DNA of 47,042 nucleotides. Origin: Dehalococcoidia bacterium. GTDB lineage: Bacteria; Chloroflexota; Dehalococcoidia; UBA2979. Below, in pieces: positions 24,787-33,159 of this stretch (position 1 is the stretch's first letter; each line of letters opens with the position of its first letter). The notes below the pieces were generated by a model. It made no database searches and was not told the origin of the DNA. It worked only from the letters and a program-made list of their open reading frames with translations. Where the stretch lies: NCBI GenBank assembly GCA_009692765.1, contig SHYQ01000004.1:1-47042 (forward strand), given 5' to 3'. The position numbers were made by a program, and so were the translations under genes.

Positions 24787-27069
24787 CTACTTGAACGTGC
24801 GCAGGAAGTTCACCAGGTGCCACATCTGCTCGTCGGTCAACGCGCCCCGGAAGGCCGGCATCGCGCTGCCGGGGAAGCCGCCCGCGACCAAGCCGAAGAG
24901 CACCCCGTCCGTGTGCAGCGGGACGTGCGTGCGCAGTTCCGCCGGCGGCGGCACGAGGGCCCGCGCCGCGGGGCCGTCGCCCAGACCGGTCGGGCCGTGG
25001 CAGGTCACGCATTGCGCGGCGAACAGCTCGCGCCCGATGGCGATGGAGGCCTCGTCCGGCGCGATCGGGTTGACGTTGCCCACCACCGCCGGGGCCTCGG
25101 GCGGCTGGCCGGCGTCGATGTGCCCCACGCCGTAGACGACGAGGATGCCGGCGATCGCGAGCGACGCGCCGCCCCAGTCCGCCACTCGCCCTACGCGCGA
25201 GCGCGACCACCACGCCATCGACACGCCGAGCAGCAGCAGCGCGAGCGCCACCAGCTCCCACCCGAAGGCGAGCAGCGCCGCCTGCCGCGCGGGCACGCTG
25301 ACGGGCGGCCCGCCGGCCGCCGCCGAGGGCGCGACCGGGAAGCGGAACGCCGTGCGCGCGTCGAAGCCGTCCGGGCGGCTCACCGTCACCTCCACCTGCC
25401 AGGTGCCGCGCAGGCTCAGCGCCGCGCCCTCGGCGACGTAGCGGCCCGGCCCGCCCGGGAGCACCTCGAGGTCGATCGCGCCGAGGTCGGCCTCGGCGAA
25501 CTGCACGCGGACGCCGACGCCCGTGGCGTTCGTCAGCGGCGTGCCGTCCGCGCGCGCGAGGTCGACGCTGACGCGGTTGACGCCGACGCGGCCGGGGTCG
25601 ATCGCGGTGCGGATGCGCACGCCCTCGACCGTGCGCTCCGCGCTCGGCGCGCGGGCCAGCAAGGCCTCCGCGTGCTTCGCCGGCTGGAGGCTCGCGAGGA
25701 ACCCCGCCGCGAGCAGCGCGGCCGCGACGAGCGCCATCTCGGCGGCGACGGTGCGCGTGAGCACGCGCGCGGCGGTGCGCCTCGCGGCGCCGCTCGTCGA
25801 TCGGCCCCGCGTGGCGGGGGCGGCGTCGCGCAGCCGCGGGATCGCCCAGCGCAGGTTGACCGCGCCGAGCGCGACCAGCGCGGCGAAGATCGCCGCCTTC
25901 GCCAGCACGGCGAGGCCGTACGGCGTCGCGAGCGCGGAGACGCGCGCCACCGCGATCCACGCGGCATACGCGCCGGTCACCGCGATCGCGCCCGCGGCGA
26001 GGAACGCGATCGGCGAGAAGCGCGGCGCGACGGCGGCGAGCAGGCGGCGGCGCTGCTCGACGGGCAGGCGGCGCGCGCCGAGCGCGAGCGCCAGCAGCGC
26101 GGCGAGCCCACCCGTCCACACGCCCGCGGCGACGAGGTGCATCACCGCGTTCGCGACGCCGGGCAGCGCGAGCAGCCGATCAGCGGCGGCGTGGCTCGAC
26201 AGCGCGACCGTGACGAGCGCACCGCCGAGCGCAGCGCACGCGGCCGCGCCGGCGAGCGTGCCTCGACGCACGCGGGGCGCGAGCGCCAGCAGCGCGGCCG
26301 CGAGGACCGTGAGCGCGGCGCGCGCGGCCCACATGCGCCCCCACTGGCTCGTGCCCAGCACGCGCGCCATCGGCTCACCGATCGCCGCGAGCGGCGACAC
26401 GCCGTCCCGCAGCGACGCCTGGAGCACGAGGTGCGCCAGCGACGCGAGCACCAGCAGCGCGAGCGCGCCGAAGCGCAGCCGCGCGAGCGCGCGGCGTGCC
26501 GCGGCCAGCCCCGTGCGGACGTCATCACCCGCGGCGGCGCGCGCGGCCGGAGCGAGCACCGCGAACTCGAAGAGCAGCGTGCCGAAGGCGACGAGCAGTC
26601 CGGCGAGCGCGAGCCAGCGCGCGAACGGCTCCACCGGGGAGAGCAGCGCGGGGGGCCGCGTCGCGGAACTGGCCGGCGCGTCGGGCGGCCGCGCGCCGAC
26701 GTAGAACACGTACGTGCCGCTGAGCGGATGCCCGTCGACCGTGGAGACGTTCTTCCAGACGACAGTGTAGGTGCCGCTGGGCAGTTGCGGCAGCGTCACC
26801 GTCATGCGCTGCCGGTCGGCGAGGTCGACGGCGGCGTCGCCGCCGTCGACGCGCCGGCCGGCCGTGTCGAGCACCGTCAGCGCGGAGAGCGCGGGCGCCA
26901 GCGGCTCGGAGAAGTACGCCTCGACGCGCGGGGGCGCCTGCGCCGTCGCGCTGTCGGGCGCGGGCACCGCGCGCACGAGGTTCGCGTGCGCGTGCGCGAC
27001 GCCGGCCAGCGCCGGCGCGAGCAGCGCGACCGCGAGGGCCAGCACGAGCGGCACCACCCTGGGCGTCAC
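24787..27069 (-). CDS. CopC-CopD-(YtkA/FixH-like)-cytochrome c fusion, copper resistance/uptake
   Basis: Signal peptide then HANLVRAVP, FSEPL and VDGH (CopC); SHAA, HLVAAGVWTGGL and RFS (CopD); C-terminal CVTCHG and MPAF (heme c). Confidence 0.9.
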   Translation of the reverse strand: MTPRVVPLVLALAVALLAPALAGVAHAHANLVRAVPAPDSATAQAPPRVEAYFSEPLAPALSALTVLDTAGRRVDGGDAAVDLADRQRMTVTLPQLPSGTYTVVWKNVSTVDGHPLSGTYVFYVGARPPDAPASSATRPPALLSPVEPFARWLALAGLLVAFGTLLFEFAVLAPAARAAAGDDVRTGLAAARRALARLRFGALALLVLASLAHLVLQASLRDGVSPLAAIGEPMARVLGTSQWGRMWAARAALTVLAAALLALAPRVRRGTLAGAAACAALGGALVTVALSSHAAADRLLALPGVANAVMHLVAAGVWTGGLAALLALALGARRLPVEQRRRLLAAVAPRFSPIAFLAAGAIAVTGAYAAWIAVARVSALATPYGLAVLAKAAIFAALVALGAVNLRWAIPRLRDAAPATRGRSTSGAARRTAARVLTRTVAAEMALVAAALLAAGFLASLQPAKHAEALLARAPSAERTVEGVRIRTAIDPGRVGVNRVSVDLARADGTPLTNATGVGVRVQFAEADLGAIDLEVLPGGPGRYVAEGAALSLRGTWQVEVTVSRPDGFDARTAFRFPVAPSAAAGGPPVSVPARQAALLAFGWELVALALLLLGVSMAWWSRSRVGRVADWGGASLAIAGILVVYGVGHIDAGQPPEAPAVVGNVNPIAPDEASIAIGRELFAAQCVTCHGPTGLGDGPAARALVPPPAELRTHVPLHTDGVLFGLVAGGFPGSAMPAFRGALTDEQMWHLVNFLRTFK

Positions 27070-27719
27070 CGCCGGCGCAGCGCGAGCAGGCCGAGGCCCG
27101 CGCCCGCCGCGCCGAGCGCGAGGCCAGCGAGCGCCAGCATCCGCGCGGTCGAGGCGGCGTCAGAGGCCGACTTCGCTGCTGCGCTCGCGGAGGCGGCCGC
27201 GTCAGCGGCACCCCTCGCCGCGCCCTGTATCTCGCGGGTGCTGGCCACGGCCTGCGGGAACTGGATCGCGGTGGCCGGTTCGATCAGCGCGAACGTGTTC
27301 GGGCTCGCCGTGAACGTCTGGTCGACGTTGACCGCGTCGAGCGTGCCGGTGAAGCGGAACTTGTAGACGCCCGTCGCCGTGGGCAGCAGGTCGGCGGTGT
27401 ACGCGCCGGGCGAGTTGAAGATCGTGCGGAGCGTGAACGCCTTCGTCGTGTTGCTCTCGACGTGCGTCACCTCGAGCCTCAGCGTCTGCTCGGCGCCCTC
27501 GACGGGCCTGCCGTCCTTCGTGATGCGCAGGTCGACGCCGTTCTTCTGGCTCTCGAGGGCGGGCTCGACGATCCAGCCGACGACGAACTGGTAGCCGCTC
27601 ACATCGCGGCGCTCGTGCGCCAGCGCGACTGCGGGCGTCCCGACCAAGACGGCGAGCGCGAGCAGCGCCGCGGCGGGGAGCGCACCGCGCGGGCGCATGC
27701 CAGAGCGAATCGGGGTCAC
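27066..27719 (-). CDS. Exported membrane-anchored protein with mature N-terminal His (putative copper chaperone)
   Basis: GGAGGAG-6nt-GTG start; signal peptide ALA|HE; VGWIVEP; beta-rich domain; C-terminal TM + RRR; GTGA-coupled to the copCD fusion. Confidence 0.8.
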   Translation of the reverse strand: MTPIRSGMRPRGALPAAALLALAVLVGTPAVALAHERRDVSGYQFVVGWIVEPALESQKNGVDLRITKDGRPVEGAEQTLRLEVTHVESNTTKAFTLRTIFNSPGAYTADLLPTATGVYKFRFTGTLDAVNVDQTFTASPNTFALIEPATAIQFPQAVASTREIQGAARGAADAAASASAAAKSASDAASTARMLALAGLALGAAGAGLGLLALRRR

Positions 27720-27725
27720 GGGTAT

Positions 27726-27795
27726 CTCCTCCACGCGGTGCGCATGATCGACGTGCCGCCCGCGGGCGGCCGCGGTCATGCGCGCGGCGGAGGAG
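27726..27795 (-). promoter_or_regulatory. SD-sequestering mRNA hairpin (anti-SD inside the Pro codons of the leader ORF)
   Basis: On the mRNA, CTCCTCC (27795-27789) pairs with SD GGAGGAG (27732-27726); GCGCATGA (27783-27776) pairs with TCATGCGC (27747-27740); inner palindrome at 27755-27770. Confidence 0.75.
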
Positions 27796-28189
27796 CGGGC
27801 ACCGCCGCCACGATGCCGGGCGGCCGCGTGGGGAGCGCGGCGTCGACGACGATCGACGGCGCGCCGGCGATGGCGAGCGGCGCGGGCGTCGCGAGGGCGA
27901 GCGCGCCGGCGACGCCGGCGTCCGCCGCGGTGAAGACGACGTCCGTCGAGGCCTCGGCGGCGCCCGCATCGCGGGCAGCGGGGGCGTCGCCGGGGTGGCG
28001 GTGAGCAGGGACGGCGACCGCGAGCTCGCCGCCATCGCGGAAGACGTGGCCGTGGTCGGGGCGCCGACCCAGCAGCCCCGGGTCCACCACCAGGGCCAGC
28101 GTCGACGGCATCAGCGCGGCCGCCGCGAGCGCCGCCAGCAGCGCCGCCACCAGGCGCGAGGAGGGCTGTCGAGGCTGCGCAACGACCAT
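27776..28189 (-). CDS. Putative regulatory leader/arrest peptide (137 aa; TM, HGH/HRH, C-terminal PAPPPRA)
   Basis: N-terminal hydrophobic helix, two HxH motifs and a Pro-rich end; TAGAGT -10 box 6 nt before the ATG. Confidence 0.65.
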   Translation of the reverse strand: MVVAQPRQPSSRLVAALLAALAAAALMPSTLALVVDPGLLGRRPDHGHVFRDGGELAVAVPAHRHPGDAPAARDAGAAEASTDVVFTAADAGVAGALALATPAPLAIAGAPSIVVDAALPTRPPGIVAAVPAPPPRA

Positions 28190-28326
28190 CGTCGAACTCT
28201 AGCCGCTGCCACCGGGGGTGGGTAGTGGTCGTTGGGCATCCGCCAGCGGGACGTTCGGCCCCCCGGCGAGTACGCTGGGCTGCCGCGCGGGATCGCCACG
28301 CGACACGTTGGAGAGGATACCGATCG

Positions 28327-29046
28327 ATGACGACCGACTGGCCGGCGCTCGCCACGCGCCTTGAGGCCGCGCTGGGGCTGCAAACGCCCCCCATCGCGAT
28401 CACGTTCGCCGCCGCCGCCCCCGCCGGCGTTGCGCCCTTCGCCGCGCCGATGCCCACGCCCGCCGACGACGGGCGGACGGGACGCGTCGCCGCGGGCTGC
28501 GTCTTCTGGATGCACGGCAGCGAACGCACCTTCGCCACGGTCGCGGAGGACCACGCGAACTGCTCGGTGGGCAGCATGACCCACGGCTTCAAGACGCTCG
28601 ATGAGGTCGCGGGCAACGGCGACGTCGCGGCGCTGCTGGAGGCGGGCTGGGTGACGCTGGATGTCGTGCCGCAGATCCCGGTGGTGCGCGAGCGCCCCGG
28701 CGCGGTGGTGTACGGCCCGCTGGCGCAGACCGCGGAGGACCCCGACGTGGTGATGCTGCGGATCAGCGGCCGCCAGCTGATGGTGCTGAGCGACGCCTAC
28801 CCGGGCCTGCGCATCGAGGGCAAGCCGCAGTGCCACATCATCGCGATCGCGAAGGAGCAAGGCGAGCTCGCGGCGTCGGTCGGCTGCCAGCTCAGCCGCG
28901 TGCGCACCGGCATGCCCAACGGCGAGATGACGTGCGCGATCCCCGCCGCCCGGCTCGCCGAGGTGGTCGACCGCGTCGAGCTTACGGGGGTCGCCGACAA
29001 CGCGGTCGCGCGCTACGCGGCGGCGGACATGCAGCGCTTCGCCTAG
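28327..29046 (+). CDS. DUF169-family protein
   Basis: LGLQTPPIAITF, AGCVFW, DHANCSVG, VVYGPL, PDVV, KPQCH, SVGCQLSR. Confidence 0.75.
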   Translation: MTTDWPALATRLEAALGLQTPPIAITFAAAAPAGVAPFAAPMPTPADDGRTGRVAAGCVFWMHGSERTFATVAEDHANCSVGSMTHGFKTLDEVAGNGDVAALLEAGWVTLDVVPQIPVVRERPGAVVYGPLAQTAEDPDVVMLRISGRQLMVLSDAYPGLRIEGKPQCHIIAIAKEQGELAASVGCQLSRVRTGMPNGEMTCAIPAARLAEVVDRVELTGVADNAVARYAAADMQRFA

Positions 29047-29069
29047 CGATCCCGCGAAGCCGAGCGCGC

Positions 29070-29335
29070 GCCTCGAGGACTGAGCGGCGCCCGCGCCGGG
29101 CGCGTCGAGTTGGGCGCGGGGGCGGCCCTTCCCCCTGCCCCCTTCCCGGCGCCGGAAGGGGGGACTTCTTTCTTGTGGGGGCTGCGCCCCCACGGGCCCC
29201 GCGCCACGAAGCGAGCCGCCATCGGGTCGGTGCACCTGGAGCGATCCGAGGAGCCCATCGCCCCGCGCCCCTCCGAGGCGCGCCCACCGCGCGCCGTTCC
29301 GCCGGGAGCGCGAGGGGCGCAGCCACCTCGCATCA
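29070..29335. repeat. Composite REP/REPIN-like element, copy 8
   Basis: Triplex motif at 29126-29162; triloop variant at 29175-29193; inverted triloop motif at 29299-29332. Confidence 0.9.
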
Positions 29336-29367
29336 TCCTCTCGCGCGCCGTACAGCAGCCGGACGTG

Positions 29368-29393
29368 CGCAGGGGGCCCGGAGGCCCCCTGCG
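29368..29393 (-). terminator. GC-rich hairpin downstream of the CHRD gene
   Basis: CGCAGGGGGCC-CGGA-GGCCCCCTGCG, a perfect 11-bp stem with no U-tract. Confidence 0.5.
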
Positions 29394-29416
29394 GTCGTGG
29401 CGTGCTCGGCGCGCCG

Positions 29417-30127
29417 CTAGCGGCGGCCCGCCTCGCGCGTGGCGGCGCGGCCACCCGCGACCACGGCGAACGCGAGCACCAGCAGCAGGCCCACCTCGAA
29501 CGGGCTCGTGCCCGCGCCCATGCCGACGAGGCCGGCGTTGCCGGTCTTCGACGGCGCGGGGGAAGCGGCCGGGGCCGCAGCCGGGGCCGCCGCAGCCGCC
29601 GCCGGAGCGGGCGCGGCGGCCGCGGCGGCGACCTGCGCGCGGATCTCGCCGCCTGCGTTCGCCGAGGTGTGCACGTTCACGTACAGCCCGCCGGCCTTCA
29701 GCGCCGTCACGAAGCCGGCGAAGTTGCCGGCAAGCGGGCCCGTGAGATCCGCCACCCGGGAGGTGCCCGATGCGTTCACCGAGGCCGTGGGCGCGCCGGT
29801 TGGCGCGGCGAACAGCGACAGCACCACCGGGGCGTTCACGCCAGCGGCGCCCGCGTGCAGGTGCGCCGCGGTGGCGCTGGTGATCGACGGGACGCTCAGC
29901 GTCCACGTCAGCGTGCCCGCGGCCTCGTCCAGAGTAGCCGTGAAGGCGCCGGTGGCCGTCGTCGTCACCGCCGGGACCTCGTTCGCGCCGGACGCCGTGG
30001 CCGACCAACGCGTGGTGGCGGCGGGCGTCTGCGCCGCCGCGATCGCGGGCAGCACGACGGCGACCGTCGCCGCCGCCAGCCCCGCGCCGACCCAGCGCCA
30101 TATGCTGCGAGTTGTCCTAGTCTTCAT
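29417..30127 (-). CDS. Secreted CHRD-domain protein with a sortase-like C-terminal signal
   Basis: SGANEVP, AAHLH, LYVNVHT, GEIRAQ; Ala/Pro linker; PSKTGNAGL + TM + basic tail. Confidence 0.85.
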   Translation of the reverse strand: MKTRTTRSIWRWVGAGLAAATVAVVLPAIAAAQTPAATTRWSATASGANEVPAVTTTATGAFTATLDEAAGTLTWTLSVPSITSATAAHLHAGAAGVNAPVVLSLFAAPTGAPTASVNASGTSRVADLTGPLAGNFAGFVTALKAGGLYVNVHTSANAGGEIRAQVAAAAAAPAPAAAAAAPAAAPAASPAPSKTGNAGLVGMGAGTSPFEVGLLLVLAFAVVAGGRAATREAGRR

Positions 30128-30190
30128 CGAGCGGTTTCCCCCTGATACTTCGAGTACTGATTGCCCCGTGCTTCGAACGCGGCCGATGGT

Positions 30191-30235
30191 AGCCCCTGCC
30201 CGCCAGCCTCTGCCCGCCAGCCTCTGCCCGCCAGC
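30191..30235. repeat. 14-bp tandem repeat, 3 copies
   Basis: AGCC(C/T)CTGCCCGCC three times plus AGC, directly upstream of a TACCAT -10-like box (30191-30186, minus strand). Confidence 0.85.
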
Positions 30236-30254
30236 GCGGTCGCCGTCGCGTCGG

Positions 30255-31211
30255 TTAGCCCTGGTCGTCTGCCGCGGGGTTCCCCGCGGCGTCCAGGCGG
30301 CGCTTTGCCTCAGCGTAGACGTCCGCGGGCAGGGGGCCCTGCCGGAGCACGGCGATGTTGTCGTGCAGGTGCGCGATCTGGCTCGTGCCGACGATCGCCG
30401 TGTCCATGTCGGGGTGGCTCAGCGTGTAGCGCAGCGTGAACGCCATCCGCGTCGCGCCGTCCAGCAGCTCGTCCAGGCGGGCGCGCTCCCACGTCGAACG
30501 GGAGGCCTCCTCCGACACGGGCAGCGAGGTGACGGACCACTGCTTCTCCTCGGAGGTGATGCCGCGCGCGGCGCCGCCGCGGATCACGGTGCCCGCGCCG
30601 CCCCGGCGCGCCTGGCTGATGTCGGTTTCGTGGGCACGCTGCAAGAGCGAGTAGGGGATCTGGAAGGCGTCGAACACGCCGAGGTCGACCAGCGGGCGCA
30701 GATTGGCGCCGAACGCCGAGGCGCCGATAAAGCGCACCTTGCCGCTCGTCTTCAGCGCCCGCAACGCGTCGAGGCCGCCGTGCTCCGCGAGGTTGGCCTT
30801 CGACGGTGCGCCGTGGAACTGCACGAGGTCGAGGTAGTCGGTGCGCATGCGCCGCAGGCTCTGCTCCACGGCGGCGTTGATGTTCTCCGCGGTGTAGGCA
30901 TGCCCCGCACGGTCGTTCCCGCCCGCCGGGACGGTGACCGGACAGCCGGCCTTCGTCGCCAGGAAGTATTCCGACCGCCGGCCGGCCAGCCAGCGCCCGA
31001 TCATCTCCTCCGAGTTGCCGTAGTCCGGCGAGGTGTCGATGAAGTTGATCCCCGCGTCGAGGACCGCGTTGAGCAGCTCGCCCGCGAAGGTGTCCGTGAC
31101 GCGCCGCGCCTCCGGCCGCGCCCAGCGGATCTCGACGGCGCCGTAGCCGAGGCGCGTCACAGGCATGCCTGTCTGTCCGAGCTCGCGCGTCGGGAGGCCG
31201 GTGTCCACCAT
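30255..31211 (-). CDS. Aldo/keto reductase
   Basis: RELGQTG, LGYG, GINFIDTSPDYG, ATKAG, SLRRMRTDYLDLVQFH, GKVRFIGAS; AAGGAG SD. Confidence 0.92.
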   Translation of the reverse strand: MVDTGLPTRELGQTGMPVTRLGYGAVEIRWARPEARRVTDTFAGELLNAVLDAGINFIDTSPDYGNSEEMIGRWLAGRRSEYFLATKAGCPVTVPAGGNDRAGHAYTAENINAAVEQSLRRMRTDYLDLVQFHGAPSKANLAEHGGLDALRALKTSGKVRFIGASAFGANLRPLVDLGVFDAFQIPYSLLQRAHETDISQARRGGAGTVIRGGAARGITSEEKQWSVTSLPVSEEASRSTWERARLDELLDGATRMAFTLRYTLSHPDMDTAIVGTSQIAHLHDNIAVLRQGPLPADVYAEAKRRLDAAGNPAADDQG

Positions 31212-31455
31212 TGCCGTCTCCTTCGTGCCGCCCGAGCGCCGCCGGCTCGCACGGGCGTGCGCTGGCGCGGGCGGGCGTGTCGGGCGAGGCCGCCCGGACG
31301 GCACAGTATCCCCTGGACGCCCGCGCGACAAACCGCGAGGCTGGCGCGATCGGGCGATGGTGCCCGCCCAGCGAGGCGCGTATCGTCACCCAGTCCCGGC
31401 CAGCCGATCCCTGCGAGACGATCCCCGCCGTCCGCGCGGAGCGAAGGGTGAGTCG

Positions 31456-32730
31456 ATGCCGAGCCGGATGGGGAGCCGCATGCCGTTCGCCGGTACGCTC
31501 GCCTCGCTCTCGGCGCAGCGCACCTTCGTGGCGCTGCTCGCGCTGATCATGGTCAACCAGATCGGTTTCGGGCTGATCACGCCCGTGCTGCCGGCTTACG
31601 CGAAGTCGTTCGGGCTCGGCGCGGGCGACATCGGGCTGGTGATCGGCGTGTACGGCTTCGCGCGCTTCGTGGCGAACGTCCCCGCCGGGCAGGTCGCGGA
31701 CCGCTACGGGCGGCGGCCGGTGCTGATCATCGGCACGGCGATCACCGCGGTGGCCTCCGCTCTGATCGCGACGGCAGGGGACCTGCCGCAGCTGCTGGTG
31801 TACCGGCTGCTGGCCGGCCTCGGCGCGGCGACGGTGCTCACCGGCGGGCAGATCATGGTGGGCGACATCGCCAGCCCGGAGAACCGCGGCCGCATGATGA
31901 GCACCTACCAGGGCATCTTCCTGGCGGGGGTCGGGCTCGGGCCGCTGCCCGGCGGGCTGCTCGCGGACCACTTCGGGCTGCGCGCCCCGTTCATCGCGTA
32001 CGCGGCGTTCTCCGCGCTGGCGTGCGTGTGCGCGCTGTTCCTGATCCGCGAGACGCGCCCATCGGCGAGCGAGGCGGCCACGGCGCGCGAGTCGGCCTCG
32101 GCGCAGACGGGCAGCCTGGGCGCGACCGCGACGAGCGCCGCGTTCCTGCTGATCGGCTTCGTGACGTTCTCGCAGTTCTTCGGGCGCACGGGCGCGATCT
32201 TCGCGATCGTGCCGCTGCTGGGCAGCGAGCGCTTCGCGCTGAGCGCCAGCGCGATCGGGTTCGCGCAGACGATCATCAACGTGCTGAACCTCTCGATGGT
32301 CTACTTCTCGGGGTCCCTCGCCGACCGCTTCGGACGCAAGATCGTGATCGGCCCGGCGAGCATCGTCGAGGGGCTCGCGATGTTCCTGTGGGCGTGGGGC
32401 CCGACGCCGCTCACGTACTTCGCCGCCGCCGCCGTGTGGGGCACGGGCGCGGGCCTGACGGGGCCGACCCCCGCGGCGTACGTCGCCGACCTCTCGCCGC
32501 CGGACGTGCGCGCGCGCATCTTCGGGATGTGGCGCTCCGTCTCCGACGGCGGCTACATCGTCGGTCCGGTGCTCCTCGGGTTCCTCGCGGGCCGGGTGGG
32601 GTTCAACCCGCCGCTGCTGCTGACGGGCACGATGGTGATCCTCTCGGGCGTGCTGTTCTGGGTGTTCGCGCCGGAGTTCCACACACCGACTGCGCGGCGC
32701 GCCCCCGCCGAGGCGCCCCGCCGCACGTAA
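31456..32730 (+). CDS. MFS transporter (DHA1-like)
   Basis: About 12 TM segments; GQVADRYGRRP and GSLADRFGRK motif A. Confidence 0.92.
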   Translation: MPSRMGSRMPFAGTLASLSAQRTFVALLALIMVNQIGFGLITPVLPAYAKSFGLGAGDIGLVIGVYGFARFVANVPAGQVADRYGRRPVLIIGTAITAVASALIATAGDLPQLLVYRLLAGLGAATVLTGGQIMVGDIASPENRGRMMSTYQGIFLAGVGLGPLPGGLLADHFGLRAPFIAYAAFSALACVCALFLIRETRPSASEAATARESASAQTGSLGATATSAAFLLIGFVTFSQFFGRTGAIFAIVPLLGSERFALSASAIGFAQTIINVLNLSMVYFSGSLADRFGRKIVIGPASIVEGLAMFLWAWGPTPLTYFAAAAVWGTGAGLTGPTPAAYVADLSPPDVRARIFGMWRSVSDGGYIVGPVLLGFLAGRVGFNPPLLLTGTMVILSGVLFWVFAPEFHTPTARRAPAEAPRRT

Positions 32731-32809
32731 GGGCCGGCGGTCGCGACGGCCCCCCGTGCCTGGCGAGCCAGTGTCCGGGACGCGCCTCGACGGTGCTAGA
32801 TTGCGCCGC

Positions 32810-33082
32810 GTGAGCGACGACACCGCCGACCGTGCCGCCTCCGAGGGCGCCGTCCCCGCGCCGCTGGTGATGCTGGTGCGCGCGGTCTGCCTCAAATGCG
32901 GGGAGGAGCCGCGCGGCATCAACGGCCCAAACGGCGAGGACTGGCGCTTTCCCGCGCTCGTGCCCGCCTCGTGGCTGCACGACATCGGCGCGCGCCGGCC
33001 GCACTCGTTCCTGTGCGACGGCCAGGTCCAGCTCGAGAGCCAGCCGCACGCGGGCGATCCGCCGGAGCGGCCGCCGGCGTAG
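32810..33082 (+). CDS. Small putative zinc-binding protein (90 aa)
   Basis: CLKC...HSFLC; TAGATT 7 nt before GTG; GC-biased codons. Confidence 0.5.
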   Translation: MSDDTADRAASEGAVPAPLVMLVRAVCLKCGEEPRGINGPNGEDWRFPALVPASWLHDIGARRPHSFLCDGQVQLESQPHAGDPPERPPA

Positions 33083-33159
33083 CGCCCAACGCCAGGCAAG
33101 CCCGCCCCACGATCGTTTCGCGTCGCGTACAATCGGGCCGCGCTCGTCGGAGGCGCGAC

